Assembly (NCBI GenBank): GCA_963781885.1
Contig: CAWAHW010000007.1
Span: 512,001-576,000 of the forward strand
Direction of reading: 5' to 3'
Origin: an uncultured Spirochaetota bacterium
Lineage (GTDB): Bacteria > Spirochaetota > Spirochaetia > SZUA-6 > Fen-1364
Length of the DNA stretch: 64,000 bases
Part shown: piece after piece, positions 23,409-32,260 of the stretch
Layout: each line of letters starts with the position of its first letter
Position numbering within the stretch: the first letter of the stretch is position 1
Made by a program: the position numbers and the translations under genes
Notes under the pieces: generated by a model
Databases searched by the model: none
Told to the model about the DNA's origin: nothing
The model's input: the letters and a program-made list of their open reading frames with translations, nothing else

Positions 23409-24923
23409 GTGAGTCTTCCCAAAACCCTTGGAGAGCTGAAGAAAGCGGGCTACAGGAGTCGATCGGTGAAGGACGAGATGCGCGATAATGTCATCCGCAT
23501 GCTTCGTTCCCGCGAGGAGCTCTTTCCCGGCATCATCGGCTACGAAAGCACCGTTGTGCCGGGCCTCGTGAACGCGCTCCTTTCCCGGCACGATTTCATC
23601 CTCCTGGGGCTTCGCGGCCAGGCAAAAACACGCATCCTTCGGGGGCTCATTCGATTCCTGGACGAGCAGCTGCCGATCATTGCCGGCACCGAGACCAACG
23701 ACGACCCTTTTGCGCCCGTGAGCAGGAAGGGAAGGGAGGCGGTCGCCACCCTGGGAGACGCGACACCCATTGAATGGCTCTCCCGGGATGCGCGCTACAG
23801 GGAGAAGCTTGCCACGCCGGACGTGACGATCGCCGACCTTATCGGCGACATCGACCCAATCAAGGCCGCGACCCGAAAGCTTGCCTATGCGGATGAGGAG
23901 GTCATCCACTTTGGCATCATCCCGCGCACCAACAGGGGCATTTTTGCCATCAACGAGCTGCCGGACCTTCCCCCCCGCATCCAGGTCGGCCTGCTCAATA
24001 TAATGGAAGAAAAGGACATACAGATACGCGGATTCCCCATCCGTATGCAGCTCGACATCCTGATGGTCTATTCCGCGAACCCTGAGGACTATACCAACCG
24101 CGGCAACATCATCACGCCTCTGAAAGACAGGATCGACTCCCAGATCATCACGCACTACCCGAACAGCCGCGAAGCAGCCATGAAGATCACCGCCCAGGAA
24201 GCCTGGACGGAGCGCGCGAGCGGAATCGAGCTTGTGATGCCGGGGTGGTACCGGGAGCTCGTGGAGGAGGTGGCCTTCGCTGCCCGGCTCAGCGAATACG
24301 TGAACCAGGCATCGGGCGTCTCCGCCCGCATGAGCATCTCGCTCCTGGAGAACGTGTACAGCAACATGGAGCGGCGCGCCATCATCCACGGCGCCAAGCG
24401 GGAGTACCCCCGCATGGCGGACCTTCACACGGCCGTCACGGCCATCACGGGCAAGGTCGAGCTCGTCTATGAAGGCGAGCAGCAGGGTGCGGCCATCGTC
24501 GCCCGCAAGATCATCGGGGAGGCCGTGAAGGAGACATTCAAGCGCAGGTTCCCGGATCCCGCGCCCAAGAAGAAAAAGAAGAAGGGGCAGGAAGAGGACG
24601 ATGACATCCCGACCCGGCAGGAGCCCTCGCCGTTCCAGAGCATCCTCGCCTGGTTCTCCAAGGGCAACACCGTGGAGACCTCCGACGACATGCCGCACGC
24701 CGACTACGTGCAGCGGCTGGAAAAGGTGGCAGGCCTGAAGGAGATCACCGCCAAGCACCTGGAGCTGACGGATGGCGACGGCCTGGCGCAGGGGATGGAG
24801 TTCGTCCTCGAGGCGCTTCACCAGTATTCGATGGTGTCCAAGCGCGAAGAGGGCATGAAGACTGCGTATCGCGACATGCTGAAGGCCATGTTCGATCACA
24901 TGGCAGGCAGCGGAGAGAACTAG
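23409..24923 (+). CDS. Mg-chelatase ChlI-like AAA+ ATPase
   Basis: GLRGQAKTR Walker A, IFAINELPDL, SANPEDYTNRGNIITPLKDR; GGAGG RBS before GTG 23409. Confidence 0.88.
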   Translation: MSLPKTLGELKKAGYRSRSVKDEMRDNVIRMLRSREELFPGIIGYESTVVPGLVNALLSRHDFILLGLRGQAKTRILRGLIRFLDEQLPIIAGTETNDDPFAPVSRKGREAVATLGDATPIEWLSRDARYREKLATPDVTIADLIGDIDPIKAATRKLAYADEEVIHFGIIPRTNRGIFAINELPDLPPRIQVGLLNIMEEKDIQIRGFPIRMQLDILMVYSANPEDYTNRGNIITPLKDRIDSQIITHYPNSREAAMKITAQEAWTERASGIELVMPGWYRELVEEVAFAARLSEYVNQASGVSARMSISLLENVYSNMERRAIIHGAKREYPRMADLHTAVTAITGKVELVYEGEQQGAAIVARKIIGEAVKETFKRRFPDPAPKKKKKKGQEEDDDIPTRQEPSPFQSILAWFSKGNTVETSDDMPHADYVQRLEKVAGLKEITAKHLELTDGDGLAQGMEFVLEALHQYSMVSKREEGMKTAYRDMLKAMFDHMAGSGEN

Positions 24924-24927
24924 ACCA

Positions 24928-24975
24928 GCCACGGTATTCCGTGTCATTAGTCGGCCACGGTACTCCGTGGCATTT
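24928..24975. repeat. tandem REP-like palindromes (2 units, 26-nt period)
   Basis: gccacggtattccgtgtcatt and gccacggtactccgtggcatt. Confidence 0.8.
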
Positions 24976-24997
24976 GTTTCAGAAAGGGACGGCGCGC

Positions 24998-26089
24998 ATG
25001 CGTTGGGAATACTCGGAGTGGGACCAGACGCTCCAGAATCTCCTCAAGAGCTTCCAGGACCTGATGAGCCTGTTCAACTACCTCCTGCTCATGGCAGGCG
25101 GGGACGTGGACAAGGTGTTCAAGTGGATGGAGTACCTGCAGGAGCGCGGATCGCTCGATGCGGACGTGGACCTCGAGGAGTTCCGCCGGCAGCTCGAAGA
25201 GCAGCGCATCATCGAAAAGCTCAAGGAGGGAGGCTACAGCCTCACGGCCAAGGGCGAGCAGGTGATCCGCAAGGACTCGCTGAACCAGATCTTCAACGGC
25301 CTGCAGAAGTCCGGCTTCGGCCAGCATCGGGTGCCCAGCACGGGAAACGGGGAGGAGCGGCTCACGGAGACGCGTCCGTGGCGCTTCGGCGACCCGGTGA
25401 CCCAGATCGACGCCCTGGGCAGCATCTCCAACGCGGTGAAGCGCGCGGGCGTGGATGAGATCACGCTCGCGGAAGAGGACTTCGAGGTCTTCGAGACGGA
25501 GCATCTCTCCTCCTGCGCAACGATGCTCCTCATCGACATCAGCCATAGCATGATCCTCTACGGCGAGGACAGGATCACACCGGCCAAGCAGGTTGCCCTG
25601 GCGCTCACGGAGCTCATCCTCACGCGCTATCCGAAGGACACGCTGCGCGTGGGGGTCTTCGGCGACGAGGCGCGCGAGATCGCCATCAAGGACATCCCGT
25701 ACCTGCAGGTGGGGCCGTATCACACCAACACGCGGGCGGGTCTGGAGATGGCGCAGACCATCCTCGAGGGAACGCGGCAGTCCAACCGGCAGATCTTCAT
25801 GGTCACCGACGGCAAGCCGACGGCCATCACGGAAAATGGCGAGGTCTACAAAAACCCCTACGGCTTCGATCCGAAGATCCTCGCGCAGACCCTGGAGGCG
25901 GCCTCCGCGTGCCGGCGCGCGGGCATCTCCATTACGACATTCATGCTCGCGCAGGATACCGAGCTCGTGGATTTCGTGGACGAGCTCACGCGCCTGAACA
26001 AGGGGCGCGCGTACTACGCGCAGGCCGACAAGCTGGGCGAGTTCCTGTTCGCCGATTACATCAGGAACAAGAGGCGCATGCTGCACTGA
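24998..26089 (+). CDS. vWA-domain protein, partner of the AAA+ ATPase
   Basis: MIDAS motif DISHS, HTNT, MVTDGKPT; adjacent to the ChlI-like ATPase. Confidence 0.88.
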   Translation: MRWEYSEWDQTLQNLLKSFQDLMSLFNYLLLMAGGDVDKVFKWMEYLQERGSLDADVDLEEFRRQLEEQRIIEKLKEGGYSLTAKGEQVIRKDSLNQIFNGLQKSGFGQHRVPSTGNGEERLTETRPWRFGDPVTQIDALGSISNAVKRAGVDEITLAEEDFEVFETEHLSSCATMLLIDISHSMILYGEDRITPAKQVALALTELILTRYPKDTLRVGVFGDEAREIAIKDIPYLQVGPYHTNTRAGLEMAQTILEGTRQSNRQIFMVTDGKPTAITENGEVYKNPYGFDPKILAQTLEAASACRRAGISITTFMLAQDTELVDFVDELTRLNKGRAYYAQADKLGEFLFADYIRNKRRMLH

Positions 26090-26188
26090 TTTCGCACGGC
26101 CCCGCGCGTCGCGCCCGTTGCCGAGCCCGTCGGGGCACCCCCTTTTCAAAATGGGCAATTTGCGGATACTCGCGACAGGAGGAAAGCG

Positions 26189-27133
26189 ATGCCCGTTCGT
26201 ATACCCAACGACCTGCCGGCTCGCAAGATACTGGCGGAAGAGAATATCTTCGTCATGACCGACGAACGGGCCGTGCACCAGGACATCCGCCCGTTGCGCA
26301 TCGCCGTGCTCAACCTCATGCCGACAAAGATCGTGACGGAGACGCAGATCCTGCGCTTGCTCGGAAACAGCCCCCTGCAGATCGACATCACCTTCATCCG
26401 CATGGGCACGCACGAATCGAAAAACACGCCCACCGAGCACTTGGACGCCTTCTATGAATCGCTGGATGCCGTCCTCCACGAGCGCTTCGACGGTCTTGTC
26501 ATCACCGGCGCGCCCGTGGAGAACCTGGAGTTCTCCCAGGTCGATTACTGGCACGAGCTCGTGGAACTCATGGACTGGAGCCGGACGAACGTCTGGTCGA
26601 CGCTCCACATCTGCTGGGGAGCGCAGGCGGCGCTTTTCCACCATTTCCGCATCCCCAAGTACCCAGTACCCGCGAAGGTATTCGGCCTGTTTTCCCACAA
26701 GGTGCTCGATCCGCACGAGCCGATCATGCGCGGTTTCGACGAGGTCTTTCTTGCTCCGCACAGCCGTCATACCGAGGTGCGCCGGGCCGACGTGGAGGCG
26801 GTGGAGGGCCTGAAGCTCCTGGCCGTGTCCGAGGAGGCGGGCGTTTACATGGCGCTGTCAGAGGACAGCCGCATGGTGTTCGTCACGGGCCACCCCGAAT
26901 ACGACAGGCTCACCCTGAAGACGGAATACGACCGCGACGTGGCAAAAGGCCTCCCCATCGCCGTCCCCCGGAATTACTTCCCCAATGACGATCCGCGGCG
27001 CGAGCCGCAGGTGACATGGCGCTCCCATGCCCACCTGCTCTACTCGAACTGGCTGAACTATTGCGTCTACCAGGGCACGCCGTTCGACCTTGCCAAGCTG
27101 CCGGAAACCGACACGCCGCCGGAAAAGGAATAG
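26189..27133 (+). CDS. metA: homoserine O-acyltransferase, MetA family, likely acetyl-CoA type
   Basis: QDIRPL, LNLMPTK, ITGAPVE (Glu indicates acetyltransferase type), HICWGAQA, GHPEY. Confidence 0.95.
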   Translation: MPVRIPNDLPARKILAEENIFVMTDERAVHQDIRPLRIAVLNLMPTKIVTETQILRLLGNSPLQIDITFIRMGTHESKNTPTEHLDAFYESLDAVLHERFDGLVITGAPVENLEFSQVDYWHELVELMDWSRTNVWSTLHICWGAQAALFHHFRIPKYPVPAKVFGLFSHKVLDPHEPIMRGFDEVFLAPHSRHTEVRRADVEAVEGLKLLAVSEEAGVYMALSEDSRMVFVTGHPEYDRLTLKTEYDRDVAKGLPIAVPRNYFPNDDPRREPQVTWRSHAHLLYSNWLNYCVYQGTPFDLAKLPETDTPPEKE

Positions 27134-27183
27134 GCGGCAGCAGGCACCGCGGCCCTGTCAGCGGCCGGGGATCACGATGGCCC

Positions 27184-27957
27184 TCACTCCACGTCGAGCA
27201 CCCGCTCGTCGTTGCGGGCGATGATGCGCCTGCCCGGCGGAACGACGATGAAGTCGTCATCCCAGGGCCCGTTGAAGAGCCGGCGGAGGAGCGTGAGGTT
27301 CCCCGGCCGCACCTCGAAATCCCAGCCCTGCCGGGCGGCCTCGGCGCGGCCCGCATCGATGAGCTCCGTCTCGTCCGTGATCCCCATCGTGAGATACAGG
27401 AACTTGCTGTAGTTCTTTCGCCAGTCCCCGACGGTGGCGGCGAGGAAGTCGGCGTTTTCCTTTCCGTACTTCTCCACCATCTGCTCGTAGCTCTCGGTGA
27501 GCCCGAGCTTTCCCATCACGCCCTGCGTGCCATAGGCGGGCCGGGCATAGTCGCCGTCCCCCTCGTTGTTGCGCTCGGACCATCCCGTCGTGAGGTAATA
27601 GGTGCCGGGATGCGCGTCGAAATACTCCCGGTAGGCGGCGCGCGACCCGAAGAAGAAGGTGATGCAGTCGTGACCGCGGGCCACGACGAGCGGGATGTCG
27701 CGCGCGGTGACGCCCACCAGTCCGTCGTTGCATCGCGCGTAGCCCAGGAGGATCGCCTCGTAGCCCACGGAAGGATCCACGGCGTCCACGGCAGCCTGGA
27801 CGCGCGCGACCATGTCGGAGGTCGAAAGGTCGTGCAGCCCTTTGCGGAGAAACTCGAGGTCCACCAGCGCTGGTGCGGTCGCCGCGAGCCAGCAAGCTTC
27901 GCGATGTACGATCTCGCAACCGATGAACTTCAACCTGCGCTTTCCGACGCTCCTCAT
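27184..27957 (-). CDS. DUF1638-like protein
   Basis: IGC, GLH, LLGYARC, HDCITFFFGS, GTYYLTTGW motifs. Confidence 0.8.
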   Translation of the reverse strand: MRSVGKRRLKFIGCEIVHREACWLAATAPALVDLEFLRKGLHDLSTSDMVARVQAAVDAVDPSVGYEAILLGYARCNDGLVGVTARDIPLVVARGHDCITFFFGSRAAYREYFDAHPGTYYLTTGWSERNNEGDGDYARPAYGTQGVMGKLGLTESYEQMVEKYGKENADFLAATVGDWRKNYSKFLYLTMGITDETELIDAGRAEAARQGWDFEVRPGNLTLLRRLFNGPWDDDFIVVPPGRRIIARNDERVLDVE

Positions 27958-28104
27958 GCTTCCCCCGCGGCCCACGGTACACCGAAGCCGCTCCGATGGG
28001 GAAGCGCGGGCTGTGTCTGTCTTTGCCTTTGACTATCGGCGATTCGGAAAGTATCTTAATTTCACTATATATGCGTTAGCTAGATCAAAGGAGCGACCCT
28101 TTTC

Positions 28105-30213
28105 ATGTACACAGTGACACCGAGAGAACGCACATTCACGTTGGCCGGCATCATGCTTGCCTTGCTTCTGGGCGCCTTGGACCAGACAATCGTCGCCACG
28201 GCCATGCCGAAAATCCTGCAGGACTTGAACGGTCTGAACCTTTATTCCTGGGTCGTGACGGCCTACCTGCTGGCATCCACTGCGATGATTCCCATCTATG
28301 GAAAGCTTTCCGACCTTTATGGCCGCAAGGTGATCGTCTTCATCGGCGTGATCCTCTTCCTTCTGGGCTCCGTGTTGTCGGGCCAGTCACGGACGATGAT
28401 CGAGCTGATTGTCTTCCGCGCGATCCAGGGGTTGGGGAGCGCCGGCATCTTCTCCATGGCTTTCACGGTCATTGCCGACCTGTTCTCCCCCGCCGAGCGA
28501 GGGAGATACCAGGGGCTTTTTGGCGCGGTGTTCGGCATCGCGAGCGTCATCGGGCCGTGGCTGGGAGGACTCCTCACAGACAACCTGTCATGGCGGTGGG
28601 TCTTCTACGTCAACGTGCCGGTGGGCGTCGTCGCGCTTGCCTTCATTGTGCTCCAGATGCCGGCGCTGAAGCCGAAGCTCGACCGCAAGGTGAGCATCGA
28701 CTGGGCGGGCGCCGCAACCCTTCTCCTGGGCATTGTGCCGATCCTGCTGGCCCTCAGTCTTGGCGGCCAGGAGTATGCGTGGGGCTCATGGCAGGTGATC
28801 GGCATGTTCGCGCTGGGCGTGGCGGGCATCGCGATCTTCTACCTTGTGGAACGCCGGGCAAAGGAGCCGCTGCTGCCCTTCGACCTCTTCCAGAACAGGA
28901 CCTACGTGATCGGCAACCTCGCCGCGCTCCTGATCGCGGGCGTCGGCTTCTTCGGCGCAATCGTCTTCCTGCCCATCTACATGGTCATGGTCGTCGGCGT
29001 CTCGGCAAGCGCGGCGGGCCTCACGATCATGCCCCTCACGCTCGGCCTCGTTGTCACGAGCTTCATCTCCGGGCAGGTCGTGAGCCGCACGGGGAAGTAC
29101 AAGGTCCTTCTCCTCATCGGGACGGCGGTCGTGTTCGTCGGCTACCTGCTGATGCTCGGGCTGCGCGTGGATACCACGCGCGCGCAGGTGACGTGGCGGA
29201 TGATCGTCCTGGGGGCCGGCATCGGCCCGGCCCTCCCCATCTTCACCCTGGCCGTGCAGAATGCCGTCAACCCGCGCGAGATCGGCGTTGCGACGAGCAG
29301 CAGCCAGTTCTTCCGCCAGATCGGGTCCACGGTCGGCGTCGCCGTGTTCGGCACGATCCTCGCGACCGTTCTTTCCGCCCAGCTGCCCAAGTACCTGCCG
29401 GCGCAGATGCAGCAGTCAGGAGCGGGATCCATGAGCCTCAGCATGGGGCAGCTCGAGTCCGGCAACATCACGTCCGTCGGCGACCAGATCAAGACGCAGC
29501 TCACCGGGACGTATGCGAAGATCGAGGCGGTCATGACGAAGAACGACCAGGCCGCTCTTGCAAGCCTCCTCGCGGACCCGCAGGTCCCGGCGGAGACGAA
29601 GACGATGCTCCAGGCGGGCGGCGTCGCCGCGCAGGTGAAGGCCGGCATGGACGCGCAGTACCAGGCCGTCGCCGGAGCCCTGTCGACGGGAAAGCCGGCG
29701 GCACTCGCCGCGCTTCTCGCCGATCCGAAGCTGCCCGCCGGTTTGAAGGACCAGCTCTCCACCGTGCCGCCCGCCGCCCTTGCCAATCCGCAGGCGGTCA
29801 AAGGGATCCTGGCCGGCATCAGGCAGGGCATGGACGCCCAGGCGCCGGCGGTCGTCGCGCAGGCCACGCAGGCAGCGCTGGACGGGATCAGGAAATCCTT
29901 CGACTCGCTCGCCGTGACCCTCACGAACGGCGTGAACCTCGCGCTGAAGCGTGCCTTCACCGACGCCATCCTCCGCGTCTACTTCATGGGCATGTTCGTG
30001 ATCGTGGCGGGATTCATCGTCACGCTCTTCCTGCCGGAGCTCGCGCTGAAGAAGACGTCCGGCAATGCGCAGGCCCTCGCGATGGCCGAGGGCGGCGGCG
30101 GCAGCGAGCCCGCGCGCTCGCCGGAGACCGATCCGGGCGCCGTCGCCGAGTCCTCCAAGGAGGAGGAAGAGACCGCGCCCGTCGGCGGTCCTGCGCCCGA
30201 ACCAGAGACCTGA
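28105..30213 (+). CDS. DHA2/MDR 14-TM MFS efflux transporter with a large inserted loop
   Basis: LDQTIVATAMP, GKLSDLYGRK, WRWVFYVNVPVG; hydrophilic insert of over 200 aa before the last TM. Confidence 0.92.
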   Translation: MYTVTPRERTFTLAGIMLALLLGALDQTIVATAMPKILQDLNGLNLYSWVVTAYLLASTAMIPIYGKLSDLYGRKVIVFIGVILFLLGSVLSGQSRTMIELIVFRAIQGLGSAGIFSMAFTVIADLFSPAERGRYQGLFGAVFGIASVIGPWLGGLLTDNLSWRWVFYVNVPVGVVALAFIVLQMPALKPKLDRKVSIDWAGAATLLLGIVPILLALSLGGQEYAWGSWQVIGMFALGVAGIAIFYLVERRAKEPLLPFDLFQNRTYVIGNLAALLIAGVGFFGAIVFLPIYMVMVVGVSASAAGLTIMPLTLGLVVTSFISGQVVSRTGKYKVLLLIGTAVVFVGYLLMLGLRVDTTRAQVTWRMIVLGAGIGPALPIFTLAVQNAVNPREIGVATSSSQFFRQIGSTVGVAVFGTILATVLSAQLPKYLPAQMQQSGAGSMSLSMGQLESGNITSVGDQIKTQLTGTYAKIEAVMTKNDQAALASLLADPQVPAETKTMLQAGGVAAQVKAGMDAQYQAVAGALSTGKPAALAALLADPKLPAGLKDQLSTVPPAALANPQAVKGILAGIRQGMDAQAPAVVAQATQAALDGIRKSFDSLAVTLTNGVNLALKRAFTDAILRVYFMGMFVIVAGFIVTLFLPELALKKTSGNAQALAMAEGGGGSEPARSPETDPGAVAESSKEEEETAPVGGPAPEPET

Positions 30214-30220
30214 TGCGAAC

Positions 30221-30261
30221 GGGGCCGGTGGCGAACCCCGCGTGCCGCCGGCCCTCTCTTT
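30221..30261 (+). terminator. probable intrinsic terminator after the MFS gene
   Basis: gggccggtggcg...tgccgccggccc stem followed by tctcttt. Confidence 0.55.
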
Positions 30262-30330
30262 ACCACGAGACAAAATACAGGTAATTTCTTCCGGGGATTC
30301 CCCTACTAATCGAATACGGAGAGCGCGCCC

Positions 30331-32181
30331 ATGTCCAAGCATCAGTTCCAGGCTGAAGTGAACCAGCTCCTCACGCTCATCATCCATTCGCTGTACTCGA
30401 ACACGGAGATCTTTCTCCGCGAGCTCATCTCCAACGCCTCCGACGCGCTGGACAAGCTGAAGTACCTGACACTCACGCAGGAGGATTTCAAGGGCGTGCC
30501 CTTTGCCCCCCGCATCGACATCTCGTTCGACACGAAGGACCGCACGACGCTCACCATCTCCGACACGGGCATCGGGATGAACGACAAGGACCTGGAGGAG
30601 AACCTCGGCACCATCGCACGATCGGGCACGAAGGAGTTCATCCAGGCCATGGCGGCGGACGCGCGCAAGGGAGCGGGTCTGATCGGCCAGTTCGGCGTGG
30701 GCTTCTATTCCTCCTTCATGGTGGCCGACACCGTGGAGGTGCACACGCGGCGCATCGGCGAGGAGAAGGGGTGGAGGTGGACGAGCGACGGCAAGGGTGA
30801 ATATGAGATCGCCGAGGCCCCGCGCGACACCTCCGGCACCACCGTCATCCTCCATCTCAACGAGGCCGGCCGGGAATACGCCGACCGCTGGCGCGTGGAA
30901 GGGATCATCCGTAAGTATTCGAATCACATCGCCTTCCCCATCCACCTCCACTACACGGAAAAGGGCGAGCACGGCGGCACGGTGGAGAAGGACGCGCAGG
31001 TGAACTCGGCGCTCGCCCTGTGGCGGCGGCCGAAGGCGGACCTGAAGGAGGAGGACTACAAGGAGTTTTACAAGACTCTGACCCACGATTCCGACGATCC
31101 CCTCCTCTGGATCCATCTTTCGGTGGAGGGGGCGCTCGCCTACACGACGCTCTTCTACATCCCCTCCCGCGCTCCCTTCGACCTGTACCGCTACGACTAC
31201 GCGCCCGGCGTGAAGCTCTACATCAAGCGCGTGTTCATCACGGAAAGCGAGAAGGAGCTCCTGCCCGTCTACATGCGTTTCGTGCGGGGCATCATTGACT
31301 CGGAGGACCTGCCGCTGAACGTGAGCCGGGAGATCCTCCAGAAGAACCGCATCATGGAGAACATCCGCACCTCCTCGGTGCGCAAAATTCTGCAGGAGCT
31401 CACCCTCCTCACGAAGGAGAAAGAGCGCTACGAGGCGTTCTGGAACGAGTTCGGCCGCGTCCTGAAGGAGGGCGTGCTCCAGGACTTCGAGCACAAGGAG
31501 CAGCTGCTGGAGCTCGTGCGCTACAAGTCCACGGCGGTAACGGGATGGACGAGCCTCTCCGAATACCGCGACCGGATGCAGAAGGACCAGAAGGCGATCT
31601 ACTACATCACCGGCGGCCGCGAATCGGGCCTTCGCAGCTCGCCCCTCCTGGAGACGTACAAGGCCCGGGGCATCGAGGTGCTCGTCATGGACGACGAGAT
31701 CGACGACATCGTCGCCGGCGCCATCGGCAAGTTCATGGATGTGGACCTGAAGGCCGTCAACCGGTCGGCCACCGCGGACGACCTGAAGACGGAGGAGGAC
31801 ACCGACCGCGCCGCCGCAATCGATCCGCTTGTCCAGAAGCTTAAAAAGGCGTTGGGCGGTCTCGTGAAGGACGTGCGCGCGTCCAGCCGTCTTTCCGACT
31901 CGCCGTCGTGCATCGTCGTCGACGAGAACGACCCTACCATGCAGATGCAGCAGATCATGAAGATGATGGGCAACAAGGACCTGCCCGAGGTGAAGCCCAT
32001 CCTGGAGATCAACCCGACGCATCCCATCGTGACGAAGCTCGCCGCGGCACGCGACGAGGCGGTGATCGACGACATGAGCCGGCTGCTTCTCGAGCAGGCG
32101 CTGCTTGTGGAGGGCGCCGAGCTGCCCGACCCCGCGGGTTTCGTGAAGAGGCTGAATCGGGCCCTGGAAAAGTCCCTGTAG
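30331..32181 (+). CDS. htpG: Hsp90 chaperone
   Basis: FQAEV, SLYSNTEIFLRELISNASDALDK, DTGIGM, IGQFGVGFYS, PLNVSREILQ, LEINP.HP. Confidence 0.97.
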   Translation: MSKHQFQAEVNQLLTLIIHSLYSNTEIFLRELISNASDALDKLKYLTLTQEDFKGVPFAPRIDISFDTKDRTTLTISDTGIGMNDKDLEENLGTIARSGTKEFIQAMAADARKGAGLIGQFGVGFYSSFMVADTVEVHTRRIGEEKGWRWTSDGKGEYEIAEAPRDTSGTTVILHLNEAGREYADRWRVEGIIRKYSNHIAFPIHLHYTEKGEHGGTVEKDAQVNSALALWRRPKADLKEEDYKEFYKTLTHDSDDPLLWIHLSVEGALAYTTLFYIPSRAPFDLYRYDYAPGVKLYIKRVFITESEKELLPVYMRFVRGIIDSEDLPLNVSREILQKNRIMENIRTSSVRKILQELTLLTKEKERYEAFWNEFGRVLKEGVLQDFEHKEQLLELVRYKSTAVTGWTSLSEYRDRMQKDQKAIYYITGGRESGLRSSPLLETYKARGIEVLVMDDEIDDIVAGAIGKFMDVDLKAVNRSATADDLKTEEDTDRAAAIDPLVQKLKKALGGLVKDVRASSRLSDSPSCIVVDENDPTMQMQQIMKMMGNKDLPEVKPILEINPTHPIVTKLAAARDEAVIDDMSRLLLEQALLVEGAELPDPAGFVKRLNRALEKSL

Positions 32182-32260
32182 GGGCGCCGCGGCGCCGTGT
32201 TCTCCACGGTAGACGCGGTCCTTGTTTTCGGGGAGGATGCACCATGCGGGAGAGGGCCCC

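Noticed and set aside
23409-26089. AAA+/vWA pair as a novel or defence system
   Set aside because: This is a widespread ChlI-like ATPase and vWA pair with no accompanying nuclease or effector genes.
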